In this document: positions 8,918 through 20,154 of the stretch, piece after piece | How the letters are laid out: each line of letters starts with the position of its first letter | Position numbering within the stretch: position 1 is the stretch's first letter | Source of the DNA: Candidatus Poribacteria bacterium | GTDB taxonomy: Bacteria > Poribacteria > WGA-4E > PCPOR2b | Length of the DNA stretch: 64,000 nt | Direction of reading: 5' to 3' | Assembly: GCA_965198175.1 (NCBI GenBank) | Contig: OZ240245.1 | Location: 4,096,001 to 4,160,000 of the forward strand | The notes under the pieces: generated by a model | What the model saw: the letters and a program-made list of their open reading frames with translations, nothing else | Databases searched by the model: none | Told to the model about the DNA's origin: nothing | Translations under genes and position numbers: made by a program

Positions 8918-10864
8918 TCACTCAATCAGAATCTTATAGGTCGGAATTTGGAAGGTAATCCCGATGATGCTCCAAATAGCGCCGATTATATAGTCGCCGA
9001 GGATTAGACCGGCGAAGAAGGGGATTGCTTTTCGATAGACGCTCAGACCGCCGTACCGCAGGACGATAGTCTTAATCAGCCAACCGACGAGGATGGGGAA
9101 CCAGTAAAAATTCATATCGCCGCCCCATTGCCCTGTGCCGAGCACGTAACCGATTGGATGAAGGTGCCACCAGAGAAACCGCATCTTCATGACTGTGAGG
9201 AACATGGTGAAACCGAATCCTATGCTCATAGCGGTCACGGCGAGATAGTCGGCATCCGTGAGATGAGTCAGTCGTTTTTCTAGGCTATTGAATCCCCAAG
9301 CCATTGGCAATCGTGTGTGATATGCACCGAGCCCGCCGAAGTCATAGGAGAGTTGAAGGTACGTGACAAAAGTCAGCGGTACTCCGACCGCAAGCGCGAC
9401 TAACATCGCCATGAGAAGGCGTCTGCTATTTATCCCTGCTTGTCGACCGATGTGAAACGCTTCGAGTTGATTGGGCATCGGATGGGCTGTGTTGACGCGG
9501 TTCAACCAGAAAAAGAAGGATAGGATGGTTAAGTTCCTCGCGCCAATGACGCGCGCTCCGAGGACGGAAGCCATTATGGTCCCGGGATCTTTTCGATACA
9601 TTTCGTGGATGGGCGGTCCTAGCCCAGCCCGGACCTTTGTCAGAGCAATCGCGACAATAAAGTAGATGCCAAAAAAGACCGCAAGCGTCCAAACCGAAGC
9701 CCCGGCTTTGTAGCCAAAGAGCGTGATAAAGAGCAAGCCTACTATCATTCCCCAAACGGCATATCGATACGGCATTGGCTCGGACGAATCATCTATCGCC
9801 CTCGTTGATCCGGGACGTTTGTCGGGCGCCAGATGCGTAAAGACACCCTTCAGGTGTCGACGGCTAATCCATAAGGCGAGCAGCCCTAGCCCGATCCATC
9901 CACCCTGCGATTGCTCGTCAAGATAGGGGTTTGTATACCACCCTGTCGCGCTGCACACGACGAGTTGGATTTTCCCCAAAAAGTAAAAGAACAACGCAGA
10001 GAAAGCTAGATCGAGCGGTAGGAAAAAGGAGAGACCGACGACCGAGGGCCACACCGAAAAAAGGACACTGCCAACAGCGTCCCACGGTTTTTCCTGGAAC
10101 AAGCCAGAGAGCACTTGTTGCCCCACAGGTATAGAAGGGAAGACTGGATACAGAAAATGAATACCGTTGACGACCTCAATCCCGCCGGCGATACCGAATC
10201 CCATCCACATCAGACGGTTACGAAAGAAGAGCACTGGATTGCGGCCCATCTCCAGCGGCAGTTGGGCGATAGGATAGGTCAATCGCTCGTGGTTTGTGAA
10301 CTGCCTTCTGAGAATCACATTCATACAGATTAGGACAAAGTAGAGGACAAGTATAAAGCCAGACCAAGTGAGCGCTGGAATCAGCCATCCATAGACGTTT
10401 TGGGCGAGAAAAAAGGATGATTCCCCTTCATAAAAACCGCGTAGCACATTTTTGTCGCGGACGGCGAACCAACCGGGGATATGTGGATTGAAAAGGCGCA
10501 TCCAATCATTTTCTGCCGTGGCGAACCAGAAGGGATGCGCTAAATGGTATACCAGATAGCCCATATTTGTGTTTCCACCGAGCGTGGAAACCATGAGGAG
10601 CATCACATAGATTACGAAGAGTTCGGCGTTGTGGAGTGCATGCCGAGGGAGTGCTCGTTTCAACAAGAGATTCAACAGAACCAGCACGAATAGGCAAAAA
10701 ACCGTATTGACAAATAACGAGATGTAGACGTGCAACGCCCGACCGCCCCACGCCGCTTCATTGAGCCAGTATGCGTTTAGAACCATCAGAACAACTCCGA
10801 GACTCAGTGCTCTGAGGGTCAGACCTCGTGGCATCCTAGCGTCCGTTTGAGGCGGCTGTTTCAT
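8918..10864 (-). CDS. Polytopic membrane protein, DUF6785/OPT-like putative transporter
   Basis: Many TM helices; ERLTYPI, WWHLHPIGY and PFFAGLILGD motifs. Confidence 0.75.
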   Translation of the reverse strand: MKQPPQTDARMPRGLTLRALSLGVVLMVLNAYWLNEAAWGGRALHVYISLFVNTVFCLFVLVLLNLLLKRALPRHALHNAELFVIYVMLLMVSTLGGNTNMGYLVYHLAHPFWFATAENDWMRLFNPHIPGWFAVRDKNVLRGFYEGESSFFLAQNVYGWLIPALTWSGFILVLYFVLICMNVILRRQFTNHERLTYPIAQLPLEMGRNPVLFFRNRLMWMGFGIAGGIEVVNGIHFLYPVFPSIPVGQQVLSGLFQEKPWDAVGSVLFSVWPSVVGLSFFLPLDLAFSALFFYFLGKIQLVVCSATGWYTNPYLDEQSQGGWIGLGLLALWISRRHLKGVFTHLAPDKRPGSTRAIDDSSEPMPYRYAVWGMIVGLLFITLFGYKAGASVWTLAVFFGIYFIVAIALTKVRAGLGPPIHEMYRKDPGTIMASVLGARVIGARNLTILSFFFWLNRVNTAHPMPNQLEAFHIGRQAGINSRRLLMAMLVALAVGVPLTFVTYLQLSYDFGGLGAYHTRLPMAWGFNSLEKRLTHLTDADYLAVTAMSIGFGFTMFLTVMKMRFLWWHLHPIGYVLGTGQWGGDMNFYWFPILVGWLIKTIVLRYGGLSVYRKAIPFFAGLILGDYIIGAIWSIIGITFQIPTYKILIE

Positions 10865-11037
10865 AAAATCTTTCCGGCGGCAGCTACGGTGTTTCTACGT
10901 TGCGAGACGGGACTATTGTTATCTTGTAGGATATAGAAGGGAGGCAGTCGTATGACCTCATTATCTTGGAGGAATAGCAGGGAAAGGAAGAGTACGTTTG
11001 GCTTTGTTTCTCTTTTGCGCGTCCGCTGTATGCTGGT

Positions 11038-12090
11038 TTACCCGCGTTCGACGATGATGGTCTCTTCTTCCAATTCCGGCGCCAGCACTCTAATTCCCCT
11101 GTCGGTCGGCATCAAGGAAGCAGGTTGAGTACGGCTAGGGCGATTGGAGTAGAGATCCGGGCGGTTCGCGGCGCAGGGGGTACCGAATCGCGGCTGCGCA
11201 TAGGGCAGGTGTGTCGATCCGCGTGCAAGGATATGCAGATAGTTTGCCGATTCGCCTTCGTAGGAGTTTTCCTTGTAGTTCCACGGTACGAGCGAACGCG
11301 CGTTGCAGTAGTGACCGACAAACGTGTGGCGTGATTGCGTTTTGGATAGGTTGACATGTGAACGGTGCAAGATGTGACCGTTGAAAAAGACCATATCCCC
11401 GGGTTGAGCTTCAACTTTTACTTCCTGCCCAGCATACTTGCGCGCCACCCGTGCTAGACGATTGACCGATTCATCGGGATGGCTAGCGGCTGCAATTGGC
11501 TCGATATCACGCAACCCCCAGTCTCCATTCTCGGTGACCCCATCCAGGTCCGGGTAGATAGGCTCACACTGAGACCCCGCGACCATCCACATGCACCCGT
11601 TCTCCTCAGTCGCTGGCTCAAGCGCGAGCCATGCCCCACACAATGTGTCCGGGAGGGTCGGGATGTAATAAGAATCCTGATGATAGCCCTGACCGGGTTG
11701 TCCGGGCTGTTTGAAGAACAGCATCGACTGTAGCGCGAGGACATCCGGACCGATTATCGCCTTGAGCACGCCGAGGATGCGAGGGTGGAGCAGATAACGC
11801 TCGTGAATCGGCGAAACCCGGTGTAGCATATGAACTCGTTCCCAGTAGCTGGCAATTTCATTGGCTGACAGGTGTGAAGGCGCCGGCTGGACGCCGGGAA
11901 ACGACTCACACCCTGCCAGCACGTCGTCCATGTGATCGTTGAGTTCTTGTACATCATCGTGTGAAATTAAGCCACGCACTATCAAGAACCCGTGCTCTCG
12001 AAATGCAGTGTACTCATTAACGCTAACGCCGTAGGGTGTGTAAGTGCGGCTTTGAGACTGTAGAAGGGGGTTTTGGTCTATGCTAACCAT
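11038..12090 (-). CDS. Phytanoyl-CoA dioxygenase (PhyH) family Fe(II)/2-oxoglutarate dioxygenase
   Basis: HQD...H iron triad (GYHQDSY, HILHRS), AWLALE.ATEENGC; SD GAAAGGAG. Confidence 0.9.
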   Translation of the reverse strand: MVSIDQNPLLQSQSRTYTPYGVSVNEYTAFREHGFLIVRGLISHDDVQELNDHMDDVLAGCESFPGVQPAPSHLSANEIASYWERVHMLHRVSPIHERYLLHPRILGVLKAIIGPDVLALQSMLFFKQPGQPGQGYHQDSYYIPTLPDTLCGAWLALEPATEENGCMWMVAGSQCEPIYPDLDGVTENGDWGLRDIEPIAAASHPDESVNRLARVARKYAGQEVKVEAQPGDMVFFNGHILHRSHVNLSKTQSRHTFVGHYCNARSLVPWNYKENSYEGESANYLHILARGSTHLPYAQPRFGTPCAANRPDLYSNRPSRTQPASLMPTDRGIRVLAPELEEETIIVERG

Positions 12091-12123
12091 GACACTCTCC
12101 TTTCATGTAAAGCAGAGCGACGC

Positions 12124-12461
12124 TTACCTCAATACCGTAAGCAGGCGTTCCATCTCCGCATCGCCGAGCGCTTCGAGTCTTTGCTTGCGTTCAAGATTGA
12201 ACTCCGATTCCAATCCATGTAATTGAGCGCTACCGGTAGATAGTCCGTGCGAGTAAGCGAGGATTAATAGGGTTCGCGGTTCAGTTTTGTCGTGTTCTTC
12301 TGTTTCTGCGATTTTTTTAGAGGTTCAACGGCTTCAAGTGCAAGTCCGGCATTAAGCAGTTTCCCACGTCCGGCTTTGAGATGGTCGACTTGCTGTTTTT
12401 GTTGACAGCCGATGCCAACAAACCATACGAAGAGTACAGATAGCGCAACCAACTTTCTCAT
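12124..12461 (-). pseudogene. Lipoprotein split by a frameshift in an A7 run
   Basis: Lipobox-like GIGC signal; the -1 frame after CTAAAAAAATCG reads IAETEEHDKTEPRTLLILAYSHG...LTVLR to TAA at 12124. Confidence 0.55.
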
Positions 12462-12722
12462 GTTTTAGATTTCTTAACAAAAATATCAAGCAAATTTTTT
12501 TTACAAATTAAATGATAGCATACTACCCAAAGCGAAAATATTGTATCAGAAATCTGCGCTGTGTCAAGTAAAAAGCGAATGCGCACGACGCAGCCCGTTA
12601 GAGATGATTTACCTGAAACGAAACACATTTAGGAATCTTGTTGCTCGCGTCTCGAAAATGTCGGATGTAGGCGTTAACTCAATTGTGAGCCACGTCGTGC
12701 AATTCCAGCACTGTATTGGAGG

Positions 12723-12751
12723 TTGAACATGTAGATACATTCTGATATAAT
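12723..12751 (+). promoter_or_regulatory. Sigma70-type promoter with palindrome in the spacer
   Basis: TTGAAC-N17-TATAAT with extended TG; ATGTA-GA-TACAT at 12729-12740. Confidence 0.55.
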
Positions 12752-12831
12752 TAGGATTTATGAACTTCCGTTTGGCGCAGCGCATTTAGACAGCGGTTGA
12801 CATCTAACGAGGAGGCTGACGGGAAATTGAA

Positions 12832-14007
12832 ATGCCAGCGATCCAATTGACGCAATTCAGGTTTCACGCTTCGCGTTTCACATTCTATATTTGTTTGGCA
12901 ATCGCACTATTGAGTTTCAATGCAGATTTCGGAGGCGCGCAGGCAGGCACTTCCAAATTCTTGGATGTGATGAGCGGCGAATCCGATGCGGGATTCGCGC
13001 GCGCGTTAGAGCCAATGGAATTTCAATTTCCGCGAGACCATGGACCCCATCCTCACTATAAAATCGAGTGGTGGTATTACACCGGCAATCTGCACACCGA
13101 TGGTGGGAAAGATTTTGGCTATCAACTGACCTTCTTCCGCTTTGCTCTAGCGCCTAAGATGCCGGAACGACCATCGAACTTTGCGACCAATCAGGTGTAT
13201 ATGGCACACTTTGCACTGACAGATGCGCCGCACGGAGCGTTTCACAGCTTTGAACGCTTCAGCCGGGGTGCATGTGGACTCGCGGGGGCAACTGGCGAAC
13301 CGACCTATTCGGTTTGGCTGGAGGACTGGTCAGCGCGAGAGACAGATTTGGGCGTCGTACGGTTATCAGCAGTCGATGATCAAACAGACCCCAGAACGGC
13401 GATCCATCTAACGCTACAGGAAACACGACCAACCGTACTACATGGCGATCGCGGCTTAAACCAAAAGGGACCAGAGCCGGGCAACGCAAACTACTATTAC
13501 AGTCTTGTGGGCTTAAGTACCACAGGTTCTGTCACCATCAATGGTAAAAAAGAGGCGGTCAGGGGTATCAGTTGGATGGACCACGAGTTTGGCACGAGCG
13601 CGCTCGCCGTGGGTGTGGTCGGCTGGGATTGGTTTAGCTTACAGTTGGACAACGGTGCCGCGCTGATGCTCTACTGCTTTCGCCGATCAGATCGGTCATG
13701 TGATCCACGCACGTTTGAAGGCACATTAGCCTACCCCGATGGTAGGCAGGACACAATTAGACCAGGCGATTTTACATTGACCGCCACCGGCAACTGGACG
13801 AGCCAAGAAACCGGTATCACGTATCCTTCCGGCTGGAGAATTGCCCTTCCAAAATTGAATGGTCAGTTGTACATCGAACCGCTCATCACCAATCAAGAGT
13901 TGCACACTCTGATTACCTACTGGGAGGGCGCTGTGCGGGTCAAGGGACAGATTGGCGGTGCCCCAGTAAGTGGTTGGGGATATACTGAACTGACTGGCTA
14001 CGAATAG
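12832..14007 (+). CDS. Lipocalin-like AttH/CrtC-family secreted protein
   Basis: [46 protein letters not shown]. Confidence 0.9.
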   Translation: MPAIQLTQFRFHASRFTFYICLAIALLSFNADFGGAQAGTSKFLDVMSGESDAGFARALEPMEFQFPRDHGPHPHYKIEWWYYTGNLHTDGGKDFGYQLTFFRFALAPKMPERPSNFATNQVYMAHFALTDAPHGAFHSFERFSRGACGLAGATGEPTYSVWLEDWSARETDLGVVRLSAVDDQTDPRTAIHLTLQETRPTVLHGDRGLNQKGPEPGNANYYYSLVGLSTTGSVTINGKKEAVRGISWMDHEFGTSALAVGVVGWDWFSLQLDNGAALMLYCFRRSDRSCDPRTFEGTLAYPDGRQDTIRPGDFTLTATGNWTSQETGITYPSGWRIALPKLNGQLYIEPLITNQELHTLITYWEGAVRVKGQIGGAPVSGWGYTELTGYE

Positions 14008-14084
14008 GCATTCGGTATAATACGATTTCAGGCTAGCAAATCGTTTTCGCCTAATCTTCAAAAACGAAGGAGGACTAACATCCG

Positions 14085-16904
14085 ATGAAACCGAGTCGAT
14101 GCGGACGCATTTTCTTCATGGCGACACTCATTGCCTTTCTCATGCTTTGGAAATGTGTCCTTTGGGCACAACACAAACCGCGAACGGAAGCGGAAAAGGC
14201 ACTGGCGGAAGATTTTGGCAGACGCGCGACAGCCACACTCAACGGAGAGATATTCTGGCCGGGTAAAGATTTGTCACAGGCAACTGTGCAAGTCTATAAG
14301 GATGAGAACCTGAAATCGTTATACACCGGCGTTACAGGGTTAATCGGCGGTGAGTTTAAAATCCGCGTAGAACCAGGACGTTACTATCTCGTTGCCTTCG
14401 TGGATTTGGATCGTTCAGGACAATTTGATATTGGCGACGGCATGGGCATTTTCGGTATTTTGGATTGGAATCATCCCGATCAGCGAAAACAGTTGGTTAG
14501 TGTCGAGGGCCACGATACGAGTAGTTGGCTTGTAATCCCCATCACAGCGAGAATGCAGAGTGTTAATAGAAAGGGAGTGCCGAGTGTTGATGGAAAGGGA
14601 AAGATTATTGCAGAATACGACTATCTCCCCATTCCACTGGTAGAATTTAAGAAGGAAGTGACAAAGATTACCTCCGGCATCAAGGGGCTGGTGGGGCGTA
14701 AGGGGAACAAATCATTCGAAAATGCCCTCGTCTTTGCATATACCGATCTGTCATGGAAATATCGAGCTGGGAGCGCAGGGATTGCAGACGATGGGAGCTT
14801 TACGCTTAAATTGACGCCGGGGAAGTATTACTTGATGGTAACCGTTGATGAAAATCGCACAAATCTTTTTGATTACGGCGATGAGCTTGGAATCTATGGG
14901 ATCGACGATCTCCGTAATCGCCGCGCATTCCCAGAGCCGATATTGGTGAAGGCAAACAGATTTACAAAAGATATTCGAATCGAGGTAACGGGGAAGCAGA
15001 CTGAAAGTGGGAAAATTGTCTCACTGGCGGAATTGGGCGCGGAAGCCCGTTCCACGACGCGCACAACTGAGCACGCAACGGCGATGGTGTCGGGCGAAGT
15101 CGTTTGGGCTGGGCAATCGCTCAAAGGGAGTGTAATCCAAGTTTACCAAGATCCGGCTCTGGTGAAAATCGTGAAACGGATTAATACCGATGAAAATGGA
15201 GGGTTCAACCTGCAACTCCCACCGGGTGACTACTATCTCATCGCAAATGTTGACGTGGATGGCGACGGTCGCTACAGTCAGGGAGATGGCATTGGTGCGT
15301 ATGGCAGTACCGATATGACCAATGTGCCGCCTTCCGCGCTAATGTTGAAACCGGCAACGAATCCCGACATCAAACTCCATGTGAGCGCCCGCTACAGATC
15401 GGACGGTCAACTCGAAGCGTTTCGGACGGAGGATCCCAATGACTTGAGCCAGGACACCGGAGGCAGAATTACGGGACGGATTATATGGACGGGACAAGTA
15501 TTCAAAGAAGGCATTCTGTCGCTTTCAGAAACACCCGATTTTGAATCGCCGATGGCAATTGCATTAAATCTGGAGGACGGTGGACGGTACGAAGTGTCGG
15601 TGCCGCCCGGTGGGTACTATCTGATGGTGGTTGTAGATGTTGACGGAGATCGCAAGGCGGGCTTGCAGGACGGTGTTGGCATCTACGGCACACGGTATCC
15701 CGTGCGAGGGAAACCGCAATTGGTTTCCGTGTTTGTTGGACACACCACACCCTATGTTGACATCGAAATCTTCGCCTTGTATATCGACGAAGAGGGTAAC
15801 ATGGCTGAGATTGAAGATGGACACCGTTCAGAAATTACGCTCCGGTACGGCGATCCGGAAGATGTATTTAACTTCACTCGTTTTGGACGCGAAATCGAAC
15901 AGTGGTGGTACTGGACACAGGGCGTCGGTTTCAGCTTTGAAGCGATCGGCGGGGGCTGGAGGTTGCAAGATCACAAAGATTTTGAACCGAAAAAGGTCAC
16001 TGCCCAAATGCTAAAAGAACTCGAAGCGCAATCGGAAAAATCGGGGGATGAGAGTACGAACCTAGAATCCGAACCTCTCCACTCCAACGAAGAGAGCCAA
16101 CCGGAGTTAGGGCTGCTGAACGCGATTATCTACTATAGCTATGATGACATCATCTGGGGATACGCCCCAAACGGCACCTTGCAGCCGTTTGGGGCAGGCA
16201 GGCGTCCATCGGCTTCACTGGAAGATATACTCACCTATATAGACCTCGAAGGAAACGTCATGGTGCGCGATTTGAGCGGTGAGGAAGCAGGTTTGCTGCT
16301 AAGCAAGCGTGAACTGGCGTCAGACGCGGCGATCTCTCCGGACGGAAGGTACATCGCCTTCGCAAGGCGCAGTATAAATCGAAGCCGCATCTACATTCGA
16401 CATCTTCCCGGACAAGAGGAAATTCTTATTCCGTCAACAGCGAGAGAGATGTTTACCCCGACTTGGAATCGCAGTGGCGAACTGCTCGCATACAGCTCCA
16501 GAGGAAGTATTGAAAATCCAGAAGCGGGGAGCGACCGGAATATCTATGCCTACGATACGCTAACCCAGCGGCTTGAACCGATATGCATCAGTCCCGAAGA
16601 TGACGCGGAGCCGGCATGGTCTCCGTCCAATCCGAACGTTCTGGCTTTTTCCCGCGCCGAAGACGAGTTTCGTCAAATCTGGATTACTGAATTTAGTTCG
16701 GAGGGTGAACCAGCGGAAAAACAACTGACGCGCTACGGGGGTCAAAACCCGATCTGGCTGCCCGATGGCTCGATGATTCTCTATGAGAATAACGGTCAGC
16801 TTTGGATTGTCTCAAAGGACGGCTCGGAAAACCACCCGCTTCGGTTCAAGGGGAAAGTTGTCTACGGACACGAGCCGTATGCGATTCCTGTTGCTGCGCC
16901 GTAA
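14085..16904 (+). CDS. Exported protein with four beta-sandwich repeats and a C-terminal PD40/TolB-like propeller
   Basis: Four PG.YYL....D.D...GD repeats; AISPDGRYIAF, PTWNRSG, PAWSP, PIWLPDG. Confidence 0.8.
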   Translation: MKPSRCGRIFFMATLIAFLMLWKCVLWAQHKPRTEAEKALAEDFGRRATATLNGEIFWPGKDLSQATVQVYKDENLKSLYTGVTGLIGGEFKIRVEPGRYYLVAFVDLDRSGQFDIGDGMGIFGILDWNHPDQRKQLVSVEGHDTSSWLVIPITARMQSVNRKGVPSVDGKGKIIAEYDYLPIPLVEFKKEVTKITSGIKGLVGRKGNKSFENALVFAYTDLSWKYRAGSAGIADDGSFTLKLTPGKYYLMVTVDENRTNLFDYGDELGIYGIDDLRNRRAFPEPILVKANRFTKDIRIEVTGKQTESGKIVSLAELGAEARSTTRTTEHATAMVSGEVVWAGQSLKGSVIQVYQDPALVKIVKRINTDENGGFNLQLPPGDYYLIANVDVDGDGRYSQGDGIGAYGSTDMTNVPPSALMLKPATNPDIKLHVSARYRSDGQLEAFRTEDPNDLSQDTGGRITGRIIWTGQVFKEGILSLSETPDFESPMAIALNLEDGGRYEVSVPPGGYYLMVVVDVDGDRKAGLQDGVGIYGTRYPVRGKPQLVSVFVGHTTPYVDIEIFALYIDEEGNMAEIEDGHRSEITLRYGDPEDVFNFTRFGREIEQWWYWTQGVGFSFEAIGGGWRLQDHKDFEPKKVTAQMLKELEAQSEKSGDESTNLESEPLHSNEESQPELGLLNAIIYYSYDDIIWGYAPNGTLQPFGAGRRPSASLEDILTYIDLEGNVMVRDLSGEEAGLLLSKRELASDAAISPDGRYIAFARRSINRSRIYIRHLPGQEEILIPSTAREMFTPTWNRSGELLAYSSRGSIENPEAGSDRNIYAYDTLTQRLEPICISPEDDAEPAWSPSNPNVLAFSRAEDEFRQIWITEFSSEGEPAEKQLTRYGGQNPIWLPDGSMILYENNGQLWIVSKDGSENHPLRFKGKVVYGHEPYAIPVAAP

Positions 16905-16990
16905 TGGGCGAAGGAGATAACGAGAACTGTTGCGAGTCCATCCCACGCTTCAGCGTGCAAGCTCGATAGATTTCTTTGATACATCTTGTT

Positions 16991-18343
16991 TCAAGCATCA
17001 CGTTTAAGGTTAAATTGCCGCATCTTACGATGCAGATTTGTACGTTCAATACCGAGCTGTTTCGATGTCTCGGTGATGTTCCAATCGTTCGCCTGCAGGC
17101 AATTGAGGATAAAACGCCCCTCAAATTCACGTCGGGCGTCTCTTAGCGGCGATTGGGTACTGATGCCATCTGCGTCAGTATAAAGCAATTCCTCGGGGAT
17201 ATCGTCAGCGTTGATGTGTTGTTGTGGACATAAGATGACAAGTCGTTCGATGAGGTTGCGGAGTTGACGGACATTGCCGGGCCAATCATACCCACGGAGA
17301 ATAGTCAACGCTGGTTCGGTGAATGCCATTTCAGGTTTGCGGTGTTCTTGACAAAATCGATTTAGAAAGTAATCAACGAGCAGGGAAATATCTTCTTTTC
17401 TTTCTCGTAAAGATGGAACATGAATGGGCACAACATTCAATCGGTAGTAAAGGTCTTCCCGAAAGGTACGATTCCCGATTGACGCTCTCAGGTCTTGGTT
17501 GGTGGCTGAGATAATGCGGACATCAACGTGAATCGTCTTTTCACCACCGACGCGCTCGAATTCTTGATACTCAATCACACGAAGTACCTTTGCCTGAGTT
17601 GATGGGCTCGTATCACCAATCTCGTCAAGGAAGATAATACCCCCATCGGCTTGTTCAAATTTCCCAATGCGCTGATTTGAGGCGCCTGTAAACGCACCAC
17701 GCTCATGACCAAAAAGCTCCGACTCGATCAGTTCATCTGGAAGCGCAGCACAGTTCACCTTAACTAGAGGGGCTTGATTGCGGGAGCTAAGTTTGTGAAT
17801 GGTGTCCGCAATGAGCTCCTTACCAGTACCACTTTCGCCCGTGATAAGCACCCTCCCGCTTGTCGGGGCAATTTGCCGAATCTTCGCCATAATCGCTTGC
17901 ATTGCGTGGCTGTTCCCGATCATTGGAGGTTTAAAAGCTCCGTTCGCCTGCGATTGCCTGACCTCAAATTTCTGAATCCCCTGCTCAACCTTCTTCAGAA
18001 CCGTGTCTAACGAAAGGGGTTTGCCCAGAAAATCGAGCACGCCCAGTTTTCCGGCTTCCAATGCAAGATCGAATGTCCCGTGTCCAGTAATCATGATGAC
18101 TTCTGTGTCTGGGGACAGTTGTTTAATCTTCCGCAGCGTCTCGATTCCATCAATTCCACCCGGCATCAGAATATCTAAAAACACCAGATTGATTTGTCCG
18201 TCCGCAACGCAGCGAAGCCCTTCCTCGCCGCTAAGGGCGGTCTCAACAGAATATCCTTCGTCGTCTAAGGCACCTTGCAAAGACTCGCAGATGCTGGGTT
18301 CATCGTCAATGATAAGGATGTTCAGTTCAGTTTGTTGCCTCAT
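16991..18343 (-). CDS. Sigma54-dependent response regulator (NtrC/NtrX family)
   Basis: Receiver (IIDDE, FLDILMP), AAA+ with GESGTGKE and GAFTGA, WPGNVRQL, Fis HTH; start taken at MRQQ. Confidence 0.93.
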   Translation of the reverse strand: MRQQTELNILIIDDEPSICESLQGALDDEGYSVETALSGEEGLRCVADGQINLVFLDILMPGGIDGIETLRKIKQLSPDTEVIMITGHGTFDLALEAGKLGVLDFLGKPLSLDTVLKKVEQGIQKFEVRQSQANGAFKPPMIGNSHAMQAIMAKIRQIAPTSGRVLITGESGTGKELIADTIHKLSSRNQAPLVKVNCAALPDELIESELFGHERGAFTGASNQRIGKFEQADGGIIFLDEIGDTSPSTQAKVLRVIEYQEFERVGGEKTIHVDVRIISATNQDLRASIGNRTFREDLYYRLNVVPIHVPSLRERKEDISLLVDYFLNRFCQEHRKPEMAFTEPALTILRGYDWPGNVRQLRNLIERLVILCPQQHINADDIPEELLYTDADGISTQSPLRDARREFEGRFILNCLQANDWNITETSKQLGIERTNLHRKMRQFNLKRDA

Positions 18344-18410
18344 AACGTCCCTCGCAATCGAGATGAGTACCAAGACAAGATTGATATATCAGGAATGGGG
18401 ATCGACTGAC

Positions 18411-18560
18411 CGATCAACCGAGTGAATAACGAGGGATCAAGCGAACGAATAGTGAGTGCGATAGTTCTTCATAGAAATCTTAGGCGATAGTCTTCACCGA
18501 CAGAAACCATCGCCATCCCTATTCGCTCCTTTGATCGCTCCCTATTCAGTCGCTTGATCG
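18411..18560. repeat. Long imperfect inverted repeat
   Basis: Arms 18411-18452 and 18519-18560 match at 34 of 42 positions by manual comparison. Confidence 0.7.
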
Positions 18561-20054
18561 TCGAGTCATTTGCGCGGTCGCCAGCGGAATATTCGTCACG
18601 TATCGTTCGATGCCTTTGGCAATTGCCCGGACAATTTTACGCTGGTACGCCTTGGTAACGAGTTTTCTACCTTCAGTTGAATTGGACAGAAATCCAATTT
18701 CAATGAGAACCGACGGAACTTTTGTGCCAATCAGGACAACAAAGGGCGCATGCTTCACACCGCGATTCCTCGCACCCGTTGAGACTACCAGTTGTTCTTG
18801 AATAAACTCTGCGAGGCTGCGGCTTTCTGAACTCTTGCTCTCCTTGAGAATATCTGCCACCAGTTTATCGAGTGCTTGAATACTATAATTCGCTCCGGCG
18901 TTTTCTCGTGCGGCTGTGATTCGCGCGGATTCATCAGAAGCGAGAGCAAGATAGTAAGTCTCGATTCCTGATGCGCCGGCGCTGTGACTGGAATTGGCAT
19001 GAATACTGATAAACAGATCGCCTTGACCCTTCGTCGCAAATTGTGGTCGATTTTCGAGCGGGATATAGACATCAGTCTCTCGGGTCATCCGAACATGATA
19101 CCCTTTTTCGACCAAGAGATCGCGAAGCATTTTTGAGATGCCTAGCACAATCCTTTTTTCCCGCCCTGCCCGACCAACCGCGCCCGGATCTTTACCGCCA
19201 TGACCGGGATCGATGATAATGGTCTTGACATCAAGTCCAAGTTGTTGAATCAACGACGGATTGGAGATTGGCTTAAGGCGAGCAGCCACCTTATTGTCAG
19301 GCGGAGGCGCTGTTTTCACTATTACTGGCGCCTTTTTTGATTGTTGTAATTCAGGAAGTTCTCGCTTTCGCTTGGTGGGTTTGTGAGACAAACCGCTCGG
19401 TTTAGAAGCAGCACTCTCTTTCGACTGTAGAGCGGCAATGCGTTCCTTGGCTTCGGCGACAATCTGAGGGTTCTGACTCCGCTCAGAGAGGGCTTGGTAT
19501 GTGGTCATTGCTAAGGTAAAGTGACGTTGACGCTCATAAGATTTGCTGAGTTGTAACTGGGCTTCATCGACGATTGGCTGATCGAGGTATCGGCTAATCA
19601 CGGTCTGATAGTATGTCGTAGCCCGATTAAGCTCGCCGAGAAGTGCATAGCAATGCCCCAGCCAGTAGTGCGCTTCAGGGACGTGCTGCGACTCCGGATA
19701 ATCTTGAAGCAACTTCTGGAACGCACCAATCGCCCGTTCAATCGGCGGCAACTCTCCGTTCTGTCTCAACCACATCCAGCAGGAACCAATCGCGTATTGT
19801 GCATCGTCCGCCCATTCACCTTTTACATCTGCGTTGATGATGCGCTGGAATTCGTCAATCAAGGACAACCACGCCTGATTAGATGCTGGGACTCGCCCGT
19901 AAGCCATTTGCTGATGCCTATTTGAAGCTGCCGAATACGCCGCCGATGCGGAGTCGATTTCGGGAGAATGCATCTCGGGAGTATGGCCCGATCGAGCACA
20001 AGAAAATGCCAGTGAAGCGAATAATATGAGAGCGGATATATATACTTTTTGCAT
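18546..20054 (-). CDS. N-acetylmuramoyl-L-alanine amidase (Amidase_3) lipoprotein with N-terminal TPRs
   Basis: Lipobox AFSC; TPRs; IIIDPGHGGKDPG, FISIHAN, PSVLIEIGFLSN. Confidence 0.92.
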   Translation of the reverse strand: MQKVYISALILFASLAFSCARSGHTPEMHSPEIDSASAAYSAASNRHQQMAYGRVPASNQAWLSLIDEFQRIINADVKGEWADDAQYAIGSCWMWLRQNGELPPIERAIGAFQKLLQDYPESQHVPEAHYWLGHCYALLGELNRATTYYQTVISRYLDQPIVDEAQLQLSKSYERQRHFTLAMTTYQALSERSQNPQIVAEAKERIAALQSKESAASKPSGLSHKPTKRKRELPELQQSKKAPVIVKTAPPPDNKVAARLKPISNPSLIQQLGLDVKTIIIDPGHGGKDPGAVGRAGREKRIVLGISKMLRDLLVEKGYHVRMTRETDVYIPLENRPQFATKGQGDLFISIHANSSHSAGASGIETYYLALASDESARITAARENAGANYSIQALDKLVADILKESKSSESRSLAEFIQEQLVVSTGARNRGVKHAPFVVLIGTKVPSVLIEIGFLSNSTEGRKLVTKAYQRKIVRAIAKGIERYVTNIPLATAQMTRRSSD

Positions 20055-20154
20055 GATTATGGTTTTGGATTCGTTGCAACTTATGTATTCCGTTTGTAGT
20101 AGGGCAATTCATTTAGCCTTGCGGCGGAATTACTGCCCGTCAAACCGAATGCGA

